Source of the DNA: Oscillospiraceae bacterium
GTDB lineage: Bacteria > Bacillota > Clostridia > Oscillospirales > UBA929
Reading direction: 5' to 3'
DNA length: 64,000 nt
Assembly: GCA_009782215.1 (NCBI GenBank)
Contig: WRKO01000008.1
Location: 7,365-71,364, forward strand
The notes below the pieces were generated by a model. It saw only the letters and a program-made list of their open reading frames with translations. It did no database searches and was not told where the DNA came from. Positions 47,496 to 57,325 of this stretch are shown piece by piece. Position numbers and translations under genes: made by a program. Within the stretch, counting starts at the first letter, position 1. Every line of letters starts with the position of its first letter.

Positions 47496-49153
47496 CCCCC
47501 CTCTTTCGTTTTGGTTTCTTTATAACCGCGGTATTTCGCCATCAGCGAGTCTTCCCCGTCCTCCGGGACGCTTTGGCTTTTCATCCGCCTTTCACAGTCG
47601 CGCAGCGCCACAGCCGTGTTGGGGAGGGTTTCATACCTCGCCATCAGCTCCGCGTAGAGGGGCGCCGCGTCCCCGCTCAGCGGGGCGGAACGGTTTTCAA
47701 AGAGCCGCTTGTGCGCCTCCGTCTCAAAATCGTCCGCCGTCAGCGACGTCTCCAGTTCCGGGAAACGCAGCAGCAGCGCCAGCGCCATCTCCGCCGCGCT
47801 TTGCGCGGCTGTGACCGTATCCCGCGCGCTCGGACGGACGAGCTTGGTTTCATACGCCTTGTCCGCCGCCCTTACGCGTTTGCGGCTCGCGGTCTCCACG
47901 TCCCTCGATACGGCCTTGCTGTCGATGCCCAGCTTTGCCGCCACGCGCATGGCGTAAAGCTCGCGTTCCCCGCGGTTGGGCAGCGCCGCCAGCAGGGCGG
48001 TGGCTCCGCGCAGATAGTCCAGCTTGCCCGCGTCGCCGCCGAGCTGGTTTTGGGATTCCAGCAGGGACAGGCGGTATTCGATGTGGTTTTGCGATTCGGC
48101 CAGCAGCTTTTCAAAGCCCGCCGCCCCGTGGGCTTGGATAAAGTCGTCCGGGTCTTTGGCGCCCCGCAGATTCAGCACCCGCGCGCGCGTCCCGGCGGCT
48201 TCGCAAAGAACCACGGCCTTCTGCGTGGCCTTCAGGCCCGCCTCGTCGCTGTCATAGGCCAAGACCAACTCTCCGGTATGGCGGGCAATCAAACGCGCCT
48301 GCGTGTCTGTCAGCGCGGTGCCGCAGGTGGCGACGGCGTTGTCAAAGCCCGCCTGATGCAGCATGAAAGCGTCAATGTTGCCCTCCACCAGAATCCAGTA
48401 CGGCCGCGCGGTCTTTCTGGCGATGTGCGCCCCGTAGAGGATGTCGCGCTTTTTGTAAACGGGCGATTCGGCGCTGTTTTTGTATTTCGGCGTCGCGTCG
48501 CCCAGCGCCCGTCCTGAAAAACCCGCCACCAGACCGCGCAAATCGAAGATGGGGAACATCAGCCTGTCGTAAAAAGCGTCGCTCACCCCTCCGCGCCGGT
48601 TGCGGGAAACCAGCCCCGCGGCAAACAGCTCGTCTGTTGAAACGCCCTGCTTGGATAAGGCGGCGATGATGCCCTCCCAGCGGGGCGGGGCGTAGCCCAG
48701 ACCGAAACGCCGCGCCGTGTCGGGACGGATGCCCCGCGATTGCATATAGTCCGCGCACGGCTTGCCCTCGGCGCCGCCCAGCGTTTCATAAAACCAGCGG
48801 GCCGCCATGCGGTTGATGTCAATCAGCCGCTCGCGGCGCACGCGCAGTCCCGTCTCGCCGTCCTCCGGCACCTCCAGCCCCAGCCGCTCGGCCAGAAGCT
48901 TCACGGCGTCGGTGAATTCAAGGTTTTCCGCCCGCATCACAAATTGGATGGGGCCGCCCCCGGCCTGACAGCCGAAGCAATAAAACAGCCCGCTCTCCGG
49001 CGTGATGGAGAAAGACGGCGTCTTTTCGCTGTGGAAGGGACAGCGGGCAAACCAGCGCGTCCCCTTCCGCGCCGGCTGCGTATACAGCGAAACAAGCGCA
49101 ATCATATCGGTTCGGGCCGTGATTTCATCCAAAAAAGCGTTCGGAAAGGCCAT
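47486..49153 (-). CDS. dnaG: DNA primase
   Basis: Zn finger [25 protein letters not shown] and a TOPRIM domain ([15 protein letters not shown]...YDSDEAG). ATG 49153 after GGAG. Overlaps the rpoD start. Confidence 0.9.
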   Translation of the reverse strand: MAFPNAFLDEITARTDMIALVSLYTQPARKGTRWFARCPFHSEKTPSFSITPESGLFYCFGCQAGGGPIQFVMRAENLEFTDAVKLLAERLGLEVPEDGETGLRVRRERLIDINRMAARWFYETLGGAEGKPCADYMQSRGIRPDTARRFGLGYAPPRWEGIIAALSKQGVSTDELFAAGLVSRNRRGGVSDAFYDRLMFPIFDLRGLVAGFSGRALGDATPKYKNSAESPVYKKRDILYGAHIARKTARPYWILVEGNIDAFMLHQAGFDNAVATCGTALTDTQARLIARHTGELVLAYDSDEAGLKATQKAVVLCEAAGTRARVLNLRGAKDPDDFIQAHGAAGFEKLLAESQNHIEYRLSLLESQNQLGGDAGKLDYLRGATALLAALPNRGERELYAMRVAAKLGIDSKAVSRDVETASRKRVRAADKAYETKLVRPSARDTVTAAQSAAEMALALLLRFPELETSLTADDFETEAHKRLFENRSAPLSGDAAPLYAELMARYETLPNTAVALRDCERRMKSQSVPEDGEDSLMAKYRGYKETKTKEGGWL

Positions 49154-49216
49154 TTTCACCGCTCCATGCTATATTTACCATGTTTATCAAGTGTTATACG
49201 CCCGGAACCGCAGCCG

Positions 49217-50122
49217 CTATTTCGCCCACCCCTGAGGAATAAAGGCGTTAAGGAGCTTTGTCTCGAAGTATCGGTCGGTCATGCCCGCTATGTAGTCGCA
49301 GACGGCGCGGTGCCGTCCCTCGCCGTCCTCCTCGGCAATACGCCGCAGGGTTTCCGGCACCTCGTCATACCGCTCGGTGAGATAACGGAAGAGAAGCCCC
49401 ACGCTCTCCGGCACTTTTTCTTCCTCGCTCTTGGCGTTCGGGTTAAAGTATACGTTTTGAAACATAAACGCCCGCAATTCGTCCATCGCGCCGCCTTTTT
49501 CCGGCGACAAGCGCACCTCGCCGTCCCGGCTTGTTTCCACAAGGTCGGTGACCAGCGTGTTGATGCGCTCCTTGGGCGATTCGCCCAGCTCCCGCCGCAA
49601 CTCGGCGGGAACGTCGGTCAGCAACAGCAGACCGCCGCGCACCGCGTCGTCCATATCGTGGCTCAGGTAGGCGATGCGGTCTGCGTAACGCACCAGCCGC
49701 CCCTCGCTTGACGCGCTCAGTTCGTTTCCCGTATGGTGCAGGATGCCCTCGCGCACTTCGTCGGAGAGGTTCAGCCCCTCCCCGTCCTTCTCCAGCCTTT
49801 CCACCACCCGCAGGCTTTGCCGGTTATGGGAAAAACCGCCGGGGACGACGGCGTCGAGGGCCCGTTCCCCCGCGTGTCCGAAAGGCGGATGCCCCAAATC
49901 ATGCCCCAGCGCGATGGCTTCGGTGAGGTCTTCGTCCAAAGCGAGCGCCCGCGCCATTGTGCGCGCGATACGCGACACCTCCAGCGCGTGGGTCATGCGG
50001 GTGCGGTAGTGGTCGCCGGAAGGCATCAGGAACATCTGCGTTTTATGGATTAGGCGGCGGAACGCCTTGGAGTGTACGATGCGGTCGGCGTCGCGCTGGT
50101 AACGGTTCCGTATGTCCGGCAT
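49217..50122 (-). CDS. dgt: dGTPase-like HD-domain triphosphohydrolase
   Basis: YQRDADRIVHSKAFRRL, RMTHALEV, GHDLGHPPFGH. ATG 50122 is preferred over the upstream TTG in the track ORF. Confidence 0.9.
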   Translation of the reverse strand: MPDIRNRYQRDADRIVHSKAFRRLIHKTQMFLMPSGDHYRTRMTHALEVSRIARTMARALALDEDLTEAIALGHDLGHPPFGHAGERALDAVVPGGFSHNRQSLRVVERLEKDGEGLNLSDEVREGILHHTGNELSASSEGRLVRYADRIAYLSHDMDDAVRGGLLLLTDVPAELRRELGESPKERINTLVTDLVETSRDGEVRLSPEKGGAMDELRAFMFQNVYFNPNAKSEEEKVPESVGLLFRYLTERYDEVPETLRRIAEEDGEGRHRAVCDYIAGMTDRYFETKLLNAFIPQGWAK

Positions 50123-50273
50123 GTAGGCCCGCCTTCCTGTCAAGCGCGGCGGCGCAAATGCGCTGCGCCCGGACGCGCTCTCCGTTTAATAACAAACAAG
50201 CCACGCAGCGCGCGGCTTTCGGTTTGTTGAATACATCCGCGCCGTATCTTCCCTGCCGGGTAACGGGACGCTT

Positions 50274-50474
50274 CTATGCCCTGCCAAACTTGCGGTTGAA
50301 ACGGTCAACGCGCCCGCCGGTGTCCACCAGCTTTTGCTTTCCGGTAAAGAAAGGGTGGCAGCGGGAACAGATTTCAACACGGATGTTTTCCCGCGTGGAG
50401 CCTGTTTCGATGACCTCGCCGCAGGCACAGCGGATGGTCGTCTGCGCGTATTTGGGATGAATCCCGTCTTTCAT
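50274..50474 (-). CDS. rpmE: 50S ribosomal protein L31
   Basis: MKDGIHPKY...[13 protein letters not shown]...[10 protein letters not shown]. Start at ATG 50474. Confidence 0.95.
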   Translation of the reverse strand: MKDGIHPKYAQTTIRCACGEVIETGSTRENIRVEICSRCHPFFTGKQKLVDTGGRVDRFNRKFGRA

Positions 50475-50585
50475 GGCAATCTCACCTCCGAGGATGGTCT
50501 TGTCGCGCACTCTTTATCATACCACGGCGCGGATACGATTGCAAGCGTTTTTTTTGACGGACGAAAAGGTCGGACGAATGGGCGC

Positions 50586-52046
50586 CTATAGAGTCAGTTG
50601 CTCCGCGTCCTCTCCTGTAATCTGCGCCTTTTTGAGGACTTCCTCTGTCAGGGGTATACTGAGCCGCTCTTTATTTAGAATCTGCTCTATGGTTACAATT
50701 TTGATTTTTTCAACCGCGCGCGGCATATGGATGTTTTTATAGGCGCCGGCAAGGGCCGCCTCTTTGATCATATCCTTGGTCGGCTCTTGCAAGGTGATGA
50801 AAATCCCAGCGGCTGCATTATTCGCTTCTATCGTTCCCCTGAACTCCCGTATCATCGGGGAACTGACCTTGCCGGATTTCACGGAAAACAGAACGTCTTT
50901 ATACTGGCCTTTCTCCTCTTGAATCCGCGCCTTGCCGTCAACTCCGTAATCCTTCCCCTTCTTCTCGTTTATCATGGCCTGATTGTTGGAATAGGTCAGT
51001 ATCGCCCACTTCTCAAATTCCTTGCGTAAGCGGTCGTCTTTTTTCAGCGCCAATGCTTTCGCGCTTTCCATATCTGCCGGGATGCCGTTTTCTTCGATGC
51101 GGCTCATAACGCTTTGGCCATAGGCGCGTAAGCGTCTCAGTATGAGCGATATGCTCTGATAGGATATGTCGATTCCTATCCAAGCGCGCTTCAGCCGCTG
51201 GGCGACGGCGACGGTTGTACCGCACCCACAGTATGCGTCAAGAACGACGTCGCCCTCATTGCTGGAGGCTTTGATGATTCGCTCAAGCAGCGCTTCGGGC
51301 TTCTGCGTCGGATAACCGAGACGTTCTTTTGCCATTGGAGGCAACGCGGGTATATCCCACCAATTCTCCGGTATTTTTCCAAGCTCATTAGGCTTGTACG
51401 TTTTTCCTGTTTTCGTGGTTACGCCTTTACCGGAGGTTTGATAACCGCCTGTTCCTTCGTATGGCACTCTTATAGGGTCGGAGTTAAATGTCCATGTGTT
51501 TGATTTCGTGTACAGAAAAATAGTATCGTGTTTTTTCCCAAAATTATTGCCTGAGCGTCCACCCTGCCTGTAGCACCAAACAATCTCGTTCAAAAAATCG
51601 CCATCCTGCCCGCAAAATACGGCGTCAAGGACGATTTTTAAGTAGTGGCCCACCGTGGGGTCGCAATGCAGGTAAAAACTGCCCGCGGGCTTTAACACGC
51701 GATGGATTTCATTGATGCGTAGCGTCATGGAAACAAGGTATGCCAGCAGGCTGCCTTTTCCGAGAATCCGTTCCAGCCCGATAATCAAGTCAGAGGTCTG
51801 CGCCGTGAAAGCTCCGCTTTTATTCATGCAGATTTCATCAAGTTCGGTCTCCGCCCGTATATTCCATTCCCAAGTATCAACAAAGGCGATGGATTGCGCC
51901 CTGTCCTCTTTTCCTATATTGTTGTAAATCTGATTATAGTTCCGTTTGGAATTGAACGGCGGGTCTATGTAACACAAATCAACAGATTCGTCTCTGATAT
52001 ATCTTCGCAATATATCAAGATTGTCTCCATAATACAGCTTATTCAA
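50586..52046 (-). CDS. beta-class N6A/N4C DNA methyltransferase fused to a C-terminal Mrr-like (PD-(D/E)xK-fold) domain
   Basis: TTG 52046 after AAGGGGG, with a TATAAT at 52073-52068. Motif IV is DPPF (SVDLCYIDPPFNS) and motif I is VVLDAYCGCGTTVAVA. The C-terminal ~150 aa (YGVDGKARI...VLFSVKSGKVSSPMIREFRGTIE...AGIFITL) resemble the Mrr_cat layout. Visibly AT-richer than neighbours. The upstream Arg-rich 87 codons in the track ORF are rejected. Confidence 0.85.
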   Translation of the reverse strand: MNKLYYGDNLDILRRYIRDESVDLCYIDPPFNSKRNYNQIYNNIGKEDRAQSIAFVDTWEWNIRAETELDEICMNKSGAFTAQTSDLIIGLERILGKGSLLAYLVSMTLRINEIHRVLKPAGSFYLHCDPTVGHYLKIVLDAVFCGQDGDFLNEIVWCYRQGGRSGNNFGKKHDTIFLYTKSNTWTFNSDPIRVPYEGTGGYQTSGKGVTTKTGKTYKPNELGKIPENWWDIPALPPMAKERLGYPTQKPEALLERIIKASSNEGDVVLDAYCGCGTTVAVAQRLKRAWIGIDISYQSISLILRRLRAYGQSVMSRIEENGIPADMESAKALALKKDDRLRKEFEKWAILTYSNNQAMINEKKGKDYGVDGKARIQEEKGQYKDVLFSVKSGKVSSPMIREFRGTIEANNAAAGIFITLQEPTKDMIKEAALAGAYKNIHMPRAVEKIKIVTIEQILNKERLSIPLTEEVLKKAQITGEDAEQLTL

Positions 52047-52099
52047 TAGGTGCGCCCCCTTTTTCTCATTATAGCACGGCGGTGCGCTTTGAAGCAAGG

Positions 52100-53296
52100 T
52101 TAAAAATACTCCGCGATATACAAGTCCTTGTGCGGAAACAGCGCTTCCAGCGCCTTCGCGCTGCCGTTGACAGTCACGCCACGTTTCAGCAGGGCCTCGG
52201 CGGGGGTCAGGAAGCCCGTGACGAGCTGGGCGAGGGTTTGGACGTCGGTTTCGAGGTCGGCGGCGGCGCCGGACGGCTTGACCGACGTCACCGCGCCGTT
52301 TTCCCATTCGACGGCGTAGACGCCGGTGTTGGCGGGCAGGGCATCGTCCGTGACGGCGAGGGTTACGCGGCCCGGCTGGGCGGGCGCTTTCAGCAGCGCC
52401 AGCGCGCGCGGGACGTGGAGGATGCGGTTCATGCCGTATGCGGGGCGGGCGGCGCTGACCTCAAAGGCGTCGCCAATCAGGGCGGGCAGGCAGACGCCGC
52501 CGGGGGCGTCCCATTTAAGAGTTTCAAACTCCGGCGCCAGCGCGCCGATCAGCCCGAGCATCGCCCGCATCCCTTCGGGGGTGGTCCACGCCATTTCGCG
52601 GATTTTGAGAATATCGCCGCCGTCGCCGTCTTCAGCACTGCACAGCATATATGCGTCGGGCGCGCCGTTTTCGTCCCGGTTAAGGTAGGCGTAATGCTTG
52701 GTGATGTAAGGGTCATGCTCCGCCCGCGCCCGCATGGACGCGATATCCCGGACAAGGGGGAGGTTTTTATCCAAGGTAAACGCTTCGTACACCGTCAGCA
52801 ATTCGGCCATATCGCCGCCGGGAAACACCTGCTCCGCCCGCTCCGGCATACGGTATTCGCAAAACAAATCCATCGGCGCGGTTACGCGGTTGGGCGTATA
52901 GCACAGCTCGTAGCCGAACTTGCGGTAAAACTCAAACGAAAAGGGATAGAGGAAGGAAAAGACCTTGCCCTCCTCCCGCATGGCGGGCAGGATGACCTCA
53001 AACAGCCCGCGGACATAGCCTTTGCGGCGTTCCTCCGCCGGCGTGGCGATGCCGGCGACGCCGCCCATCGGGACAGTGTGCCCGTCAAAGCGCACGCTAT
53101 AATCCAAAACGCCGGCGACCGAACACATTTTGCCCCTGCCGTCAAAGGCCGCCCAGACGCCCTCGTATGCTTCCTCCTGCGCCAAATCGTCGGCCAGACG
53201 TTCCTGATAGCCCTCCGTCTCCGCGCTGAGATAGACCATCTTTCTCAGCAAATCCGCCGCGGCCCGTTCCTCCGGCTTGATGGTTCGGATGCTCAT
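52100..53296 (-). CDS. Eis-like GNAT acetyltransferase with SCP2-like C-terminal domain
   Basis: 398 aa. The GNAT motif RRKGYVRGLF, the three-domain size and the tail (LAQLVTGFLTPAEA) are typical of the Eis/DUF GNAT_acetyltran family. Confidence 0.85.
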   Translation of the reverse strand: MSIRTIKPEERAAADLLRKMVYLSAETEGYQERLADDLAQEEAYEGVWAAFDGRGKMCSVAGVLDYSVRFDGHTVPMGGVAGIATPAEERRKGYVRGLFEVILPAMREEGKVFSFLYPFSFEFYRKFGYELCYTPNRVTAPMDLFCEYRMPERAEQVFPGGDMAELLTVYEAFTLDKNLPLVRDIASMRARAEHDPYITKHYAYLNRDENGAPDAYMLCSAEDGDGGDILKIREMAWTTPEGMRAMLGLIGALAPEFETLKWDAPGGVCLPALIGDAFEVSAARPAYGMNRILHVPRALALLKAPAQPGRVTLAVTDDALPANTGVYAVEWENGAVTSVKPSGAAADLETDVQTLAQLVTGFLTPAEALLKRGVTVNGSAKALEALFPHKDLYIAEYF

Positions 53297-53299
53297 ACC

Positions 53300-55423
53300 C
53301 TACCTCACATTCATCAGGCAGCCCGCCAAAATGGTTTTCCGTTCATCCGGCGTCAGCCCGGGCAGCAGCAGCGCCGTCTCACGCGGCGTACCCTTGTGCG
53401 TCCAAACGGCCTCAACGCGCTCCGCTCCGCTTTCCACGGCGGCGCGGACGCCCGTGACGGCAAACGTATCCCCGACCTCCGGGCGCTCCGTTTCCAGCTC
53501 CGGCCACTCAAAGGGCAGCATCCCCCAGTTGATGAGGTTGGAGCGGTAGCGCTTGGTGGCGTATTCGAGGGCGATGTTGGCAATCCCGCCCAGCACCCGC
53601 TGGCAGGACGCCGCCTGCTCCCGCGCCGAGCCGTCGCCCGGACGCAGCGCCACAACGGCGCTCCCGTAGCCCAGCTCCTGACACCGCCCGATATACCCCG
53701 GGTCGCGGCGCGAAAGGGTGAAGGAAGCCAGCTTGAGGGGGTTTGAGCGGTAGGACGACGTTTCGCCGGAGGGGATAAGCTCGTCGGTGGTGGTGACGGC
53801 GTCATACAGCGCCGAGGCTACGGTCAGCGTCAAATCGTCCGGCAGCGGGGCCATCTCCGGCCAGTCGGCGATGTTCGGCCCGCGGACAAGCTCCGTGTCC
53901 GGCTTGGGGCTGCCGACGCCGTGATAGACGCGGGCCTTGTACGGGGCGTCGTCAAACTGCGGGCGCACGCAGGCCGCCTCAATCCAATCCGATTCGCCGC
54001 CGCAAACGGCGTCCGCCGCCGTCAGCCGCCCGCCGTTGGCCGCCGTCGCGGCAATCGACCTCGCGTCCATCAGCGCCACAAACGCGGTTTGCCCGTCGCC
54101 CGGCCTGCTTCCCTCGCGGTTGATGAAGTTTCTTGTGACATGGCGGATGGAAAAGCCGCCCGAACCCGGCACGTCGCCCGCGCCGAAGCAAGGCCCGCAA
54201 AAGGCCGTGCGAACGGTTACGCCGGACTCTATCAGCCCCGCCACGGTGCCGTCGCGGGTCAGCTCAAGCAGCATCGGCTGCGACGCGGGGTAAACGGAGA
54301 GGGAGAAGTCGCCCAGCCGCTTGCCGTGCAATATCTCGCGCACCGCCTGAATGTTCTCCGAAAGCCCTCCCGCGCAGCCCGCGACGACGCCTTGGTCAAC
54401 GAAAAACGCGCCGTTTATTAGTTTGTTAGTAAGGTCGGGAGCGAAGCCCCACTGCTCTTTCGCGTTCTTGGAAACCTCGCGCAGCAGCGCCTCCGCGTTC
54501 TGGCAGAACTCGCGTATAGGATAGGCGTTGGCGGGGTGGAAGGGCAGCGCAATCATCGGCTCGATTCGGGATAAATCAATCTCCGCGGCGCCGTCGTACA
54601 GCGCCCCCTCGTCCGGGGCTAGCTTGATATAGTCGTCCGGGCGTCCCAAGACCGTCAGCGCGTCCCGCACCGTCCCGTCCGTCGCCCATATGCTGGAGAG
54701 GCAGGTCGTCTCCGTCGTCATCACATCGACGCCGTTGCGGAAATCCATTGAGAGAGACGCGACGCCCGGGCCGATGAACTCCAGTATCTTATTTTTGACA
54801 AATCCGCTGCTGAACGTGGCTTTAATCAGCGTCAGCGCCACATCCTGCGGCCCGACGCCGGGGCGCGGCGCGCCGGTCAGGTATACCGCCACCACCTCCG
54901 GGCGGGGGATGTCCCACGTCTTGCCCAAAAGCTGCTTGACCAGCTCCGGGCCGCCCTCGCCGACGGCCAGCGTGCCGTACGGGCCGTAGCGGGTGTGGCT
55001 GTCCGAGCAGAGAATCATCCGCCCGCAGCCCGCGCGGCGTTCGCGCATATATTGGTGGATGACGGCCTGATGCGGGGGGACAAACTCGCCGCCATACTTT
55101 TTGGCCGCCGAGAGGCCGAACAGGTGGTCGTCCTCGTTGATGGTGCCGCCGACGGCGCTAAGGGAATTGTGGCAGTTGGTCAGCGCATAGGGCAGGGGAA
55201 AGGACGTCATGCCGCTGGCGCGCGCCGTTTGGATGACGCCGACATAGGTGATGTCATGGGACGCCATAGCGTCGAAGCGGATGCGGAGCTGTTCGGAATC
55301 GCCGCTCTGGTTGTGCGCGGCTAAAATCTTCCACGCCATCGTCCCGTCGCGGGAGCCGCCGCCGTCCGCGGGGACAAGGGCGCCGCCGCGAAGCCGCCTT
55401 GCGCCGGATGTGAGTGTAACCAT
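53300..55423 (-). CDS. aconitase-superfamily hydratase (catalytic plus swivel domains in one chain)
   Basis: 707 aa. CSDSHT (aconitase GxDSHT-type Fe-S ligand region) and CGPCFG. Strong GGAGG RBS 5 nt before ATG 55423. Substrate unknown. Confidence 0.75.
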   Translation of the reverse strand: MVTLTSGARRLRGGALVPADGGGSRDGTMAWKILAAHNQSGDSEQLRIRFDAMASHDITYVGVIQTARASGMTSFPLPYALTNCHNSLSAVGGTINEDDHLFGLSAAKKYGGEFVPPHQAVIHQYMRERRAGCGRMILCSDSHTRYGPYGTLAVGEGGPELVKQLLGKTWDIPRPEVVAVYLTGAPRPGVGPQDVALTLIKATFSSGFVKNKILEFIGPGVASLSMDFRNGVDVMTTETTCLSSIWATDGTVRDALTVLGRPDDYIKLAPDEGALYDGAAEIDLSRIEPMIALPFHPANAYPIREFCQNAEALLREVSKNAKEQWGFAPDLTNKLINGAFFVDQGVVAGCAGGLSENIQAVREILHGKRLGDFSLSVYPASQPMLLELTRDGTVAGLIESGVTVRTAFCGPCFGAGDVPGSGGFSIRHVTRNFINREGSRPGDGQTAFVALMDARSIAATAANGGRLTAADAVCGGESDWIEAACVRPQFDDAPYKARVYHGVGSPKPDTELVRGPNIADWPEMAPLPDDLTLTVASALYDAVTTTDELIPSGETSSYRSNPLKLASFTLSRRDPGYIGRCQELGYGSAVVALRPGDGSAREQAASCQRVLGGIANIALEYATKRYRSNLINWGMLPFEWPELETERPEVGDTFAVTGVRAAVESGAERVEAVWTHKGTPRETALLLPGLTPDERKTILAGCLMNVR

Positions 55424-55485
55424 AAAACCCTCCTAATGTTATTCAAAAAGGGCGGCTTTGCCGCCCCGAGGTGTCGTCTCAGGCG

Positions 55486-56229
55486 CTATTTGCTGTCAAC
55501 GTGGAGGAAATAGACGTCCGCCCTCTGCCGGTAGCGCTCCGCGCCGCCGGAGGCGGTGGCCGCGTGCGGCCGGATGGACGCGTCGGGGATGCCCAGCTCC
55601 CGTATCATGCCGCTCACCGCGCCGGCGCGGCGCTGCGCCAAATCGTCCGAGGTTTCGTCCGACGCGAAATACGCCTGAACGACGACGATATACCCCGCTT
55701 TGGCCAAGTCGGCGGCCGGCGGGAGCAAATCCGCCAAATCGGAGTAATACTGTTCAGGCTCCGCCATTTCGGCGCTGTCGAATAAAAACATGATGGAAAC
55801 CCTGTCCCCAATCCAATCCGGTTCGGACGGGGGCGGCGCGGGAGACGGGGAGGGCGCCGCCGGGCTGGGGGCGGGGGAGGACGCCGGAGAAGGATCCGGG
55901 GCGGGGGTAGGGGAAGGTGCCTCCGACGGCGCGAGCGGCGGCGGTGAAGGGGACGGTATCGGAGAGGGAACCGGCGTCGGGGACGGCTCCGGCGTAGGGT
56001 CGGGCGTGGGGCTGGGTTCCGGCGTGGGGGGCTCGTCAGACGGCGCGGGGCTTTCAGGCGGCGTCGGAGACGGCTGGGCGAGATGGGAATCGTCCGACGG
56101 CGTCGGGTCTCCGTAAATCAAACCGTCGCCAAAAGCAGAAGATACAAGCGCAAAGGCACCTAAAAAGACGAGCGCCGCGCCTACGACAGCCAGCGCCCAT
56201 CCTCGGCCCGTCAGCTTGTACCTGTTCAT
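55486..56229 (-). CDS. membrane-anchored Pro/Thr/Ser-rich protein with degenerate OmpA-like C-terminal domain
   Basis: N-terminal TM ([18 protein letters not shown]), a ~100-aa PSPTPEP low-complexity linker, and a C-terminus reading [10 protein letters not shown]...[11 protein letters not shown]...[19 protein letters not shown], which looks OmpA/MotB-like. Confidence 0.6.
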   Translation of the reverse strand: MNRYKLTGRGWALAVVGAALVFLGAFALVSSAFGDGLIYGDPTPSDDSHLAQPSPTPPESPAPSDEPPTPEPSPTPDPTPEPSPTPVPSPIPSPSPPPLAPSEAPSPTPAPDPSPASSPAPSPAAPSPSPAPPPSEPDWIGDRVSIMFLFDSAEMAEPEQYYSDLADLLPPAADLAKAGYIVVVQAYFASDETSDDLAQRRAGAVSGMIRELGIPDASIRPHAATASGGAERYRQRADVYFLHVDSK

Positions 56230-56247
56230 GTCGTCTCCTGTCCTGTG

Positions 56248-56931
56248 CTATTTGGTGATGAAATCTAGGACGTCCTTCAAGCGCTGCGCCTCACTCTCAA
56301 TGGTGAGGAACTGGCGCTTATGTAGGTTTTTACGCTCGTTAATCGTTTCGCGTATCTGCTGAATCTGACGCTCCAGCGCGTCAATCTCCACATTGTGGCG
56401 CTCCACGAGTTCCTCGGTGCGGGAAGCGAATCTGGAGGAATAATCGTTGAGCTGGGCGACGCGGTCGATGCCGTCGTTGAGCAGCAGGTCAAAATCAAAG
56501 CCGGACGCGGCGACGATTTTGAGGATAATTGAGCGCCGCAGCTCGGCGGGCAGCGTCTCGGGCAGGGTGCTGATATAGGATTCGATGAGGTAGATGGTAT
56601 CGGTTCCGGCGGTTTTCATGTCGAAAACGCTGTAAAGCTGGCCGATATCGAGGTATTGGTCGGTACTCATGCCGGTTTGGGGAGACTCGTCCCAAAAAAG
56701 GCTGTGGTCTTCGCCCGAAATGCCGTACGGCGTTTCGGGGACAGGGGTGTAGACCGGCTGCGCGGGCGCCGGGACGGGCGCGGGCGCGGGACGGATATCC
56801 TCCGGCTCCGGCTCGGTATACTCGGCTTCCGGCATATCAAAATCCGGCTCGAAATCCTCGTCCGATTTTTTGATGACGCGCATTTTTTCGAGTACATCAA
56901 GGACTTTATTGCTTTCTTTTCTCTGCGACAC
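56248..56931 (-). CDS. hypothetical protein with acidic N-terminus and C-terminal coiled coil
   Basis: 227-aa ORF immediately upstream of, and co-oriented with, the OmpA-like gene. No family recognised. Confidence 0.6.
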   Translation of the reverse strand: MSQRKESNKVLDVLEKMRVIKKSDEDFEPDFDMPEAEYTEPEPEDIRPAPAPVPAPAQPVYTPVPETPYGISGEDHSLFWDESPQTGMSTDQYLDIGQLYSVFDMKTAGTDTIYLIESYISTLPETLPAELRRSIILKIVAASGFDFDLLLNDGIDRVAQLNDYSSRFASRTEELVERHNVEIDALERQIQQIRETINERKNLHKRQFLTIESEAQRLKDVLDFITK

Positions 56932-57107
56932 TTCAAAACCTCCCCGCAGGCTTCCTGCCCACTTTCAAGGTGTACCGCCCTTATTCTATCCAATAATGCC
57001 GTATTTGTCAAATGTTTTTGAAAATTTTTTTTCAAAAAGCCATTCCGCGCCGCTGTCCGGCCCTGCCGGGAAATTTCATTTCCCGAAAAATTTCCGTCCC
57101 GCAGACC

Positions 57108-57136
57108 TTGACAAGGGGCAAAATATACTGTATACT
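57108..57136 (+). promoter_or_regulatory. tRNA-Leu promoter
   Basis: TTGACA (57108-57113), 17 nt, TATACT (57131-57136), 13 nt before the tRNA 5' end. Confidence 0.6.
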
Positions 57137-57149
57137 TCTGGTGCGAAGG

Positions 57150-57234
57150 GCGAGAGTGGCGGAACTGGCAGACGCGCACGTTTGAGGGGCGTGTGGTTTA
57201 CACCGTACGGGTTCAAGTCCCGTCTCCCGCACCA
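57150..57234 (+). tRNA. tRNA-Leu (anticodon GAG)
   Basis: 85 nt, class II. Acceptor GCGAGAG/CTCCCGC (one A-C mismatch), D-arm GTGGCGGAACTGGCAGACGCGC, anticodon stem CACGT/GCGTG with loop TTGAGGG, long variable arm, T-arm GGGTTCAAGTCCC, encoded CCA. Confidence 0.9.
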
Positions 57235-57238
57235 GCGA
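57212..57238 (+). repeat. attL core (27-bp direct repeat)
   Basis: TTCAAGTCCCGTCTCCCGCACCAGCGA, identical to 63904-63930. Covers the tRNA T-arm/acceptor 3' half plus 4 nt. Confidence 0.9.
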
Positions 57239-57240
57239 GA

Positions 57241-57275
57241 AATCCTGTGGTTGCAACGACTACAGGATTTTTTCT
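57241..57275 (+). terminator. element-encoded terminator for the tRNA
   Basis: AATCCTGT...ACAGGATT stem followed by a T-run, just inside attL. Confidence 0.6.
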
Positions 57276-57294
57276 TTGTTTGTTTTCGGGCGCT

Positions 57295-57325
57295 TACCCC
57301 TACGTTTACCCCTAACAGCTTTTTT
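57295..57325. repeat. 31-bp repeat with two TACCCCTA units (candidate integrase arm-type sites, int-proximal arm)
   Basis: TACCCCTACGTTTACCCCTAACAGCTTTTTT, identical to 63767-63797. TACCCCTA at 57295 and 57307. Confidence 0.6.

Noticed and set aside
47573-49711. Long + strand ORFs 47573-48517 and 48740-49711
   Set aside because: They are antisense to dnaG and dgt. Both translations are Arg/Pro-rich.
52047-52307. 87-codon N-terminal extension of the methyltransferase ORF
   Set aside because: The extension is Arg/Pro-rich (MGKRRGDVGQAVRRRRRPRNRR...) and overlaps the 3' end of the neighbouring GNAT gene. A TATAAT, an RBS and TTG 52046 sit right at the point where the AT-rich methyltransferase sequence begins.
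52082-53746. 554-aa + strand ORF
   Set aside because: It runs antisense across two convincing minus-strand genes (the Eis-like GNAT and the aconitase-family hydratase). The composition is Arg/Gly-rich and featureless.
55790-56116. Gly-rich 108-aa + strand ORF / apparent DNA tandem repeat
   Set aside because: It is the antisense image of the Pro/Thr/Ser-rich linker of the minus-strand membrane protein. The periodicity is imperfect codon-level low complexity, not a discrete tandem repeat or a CRISPR array.
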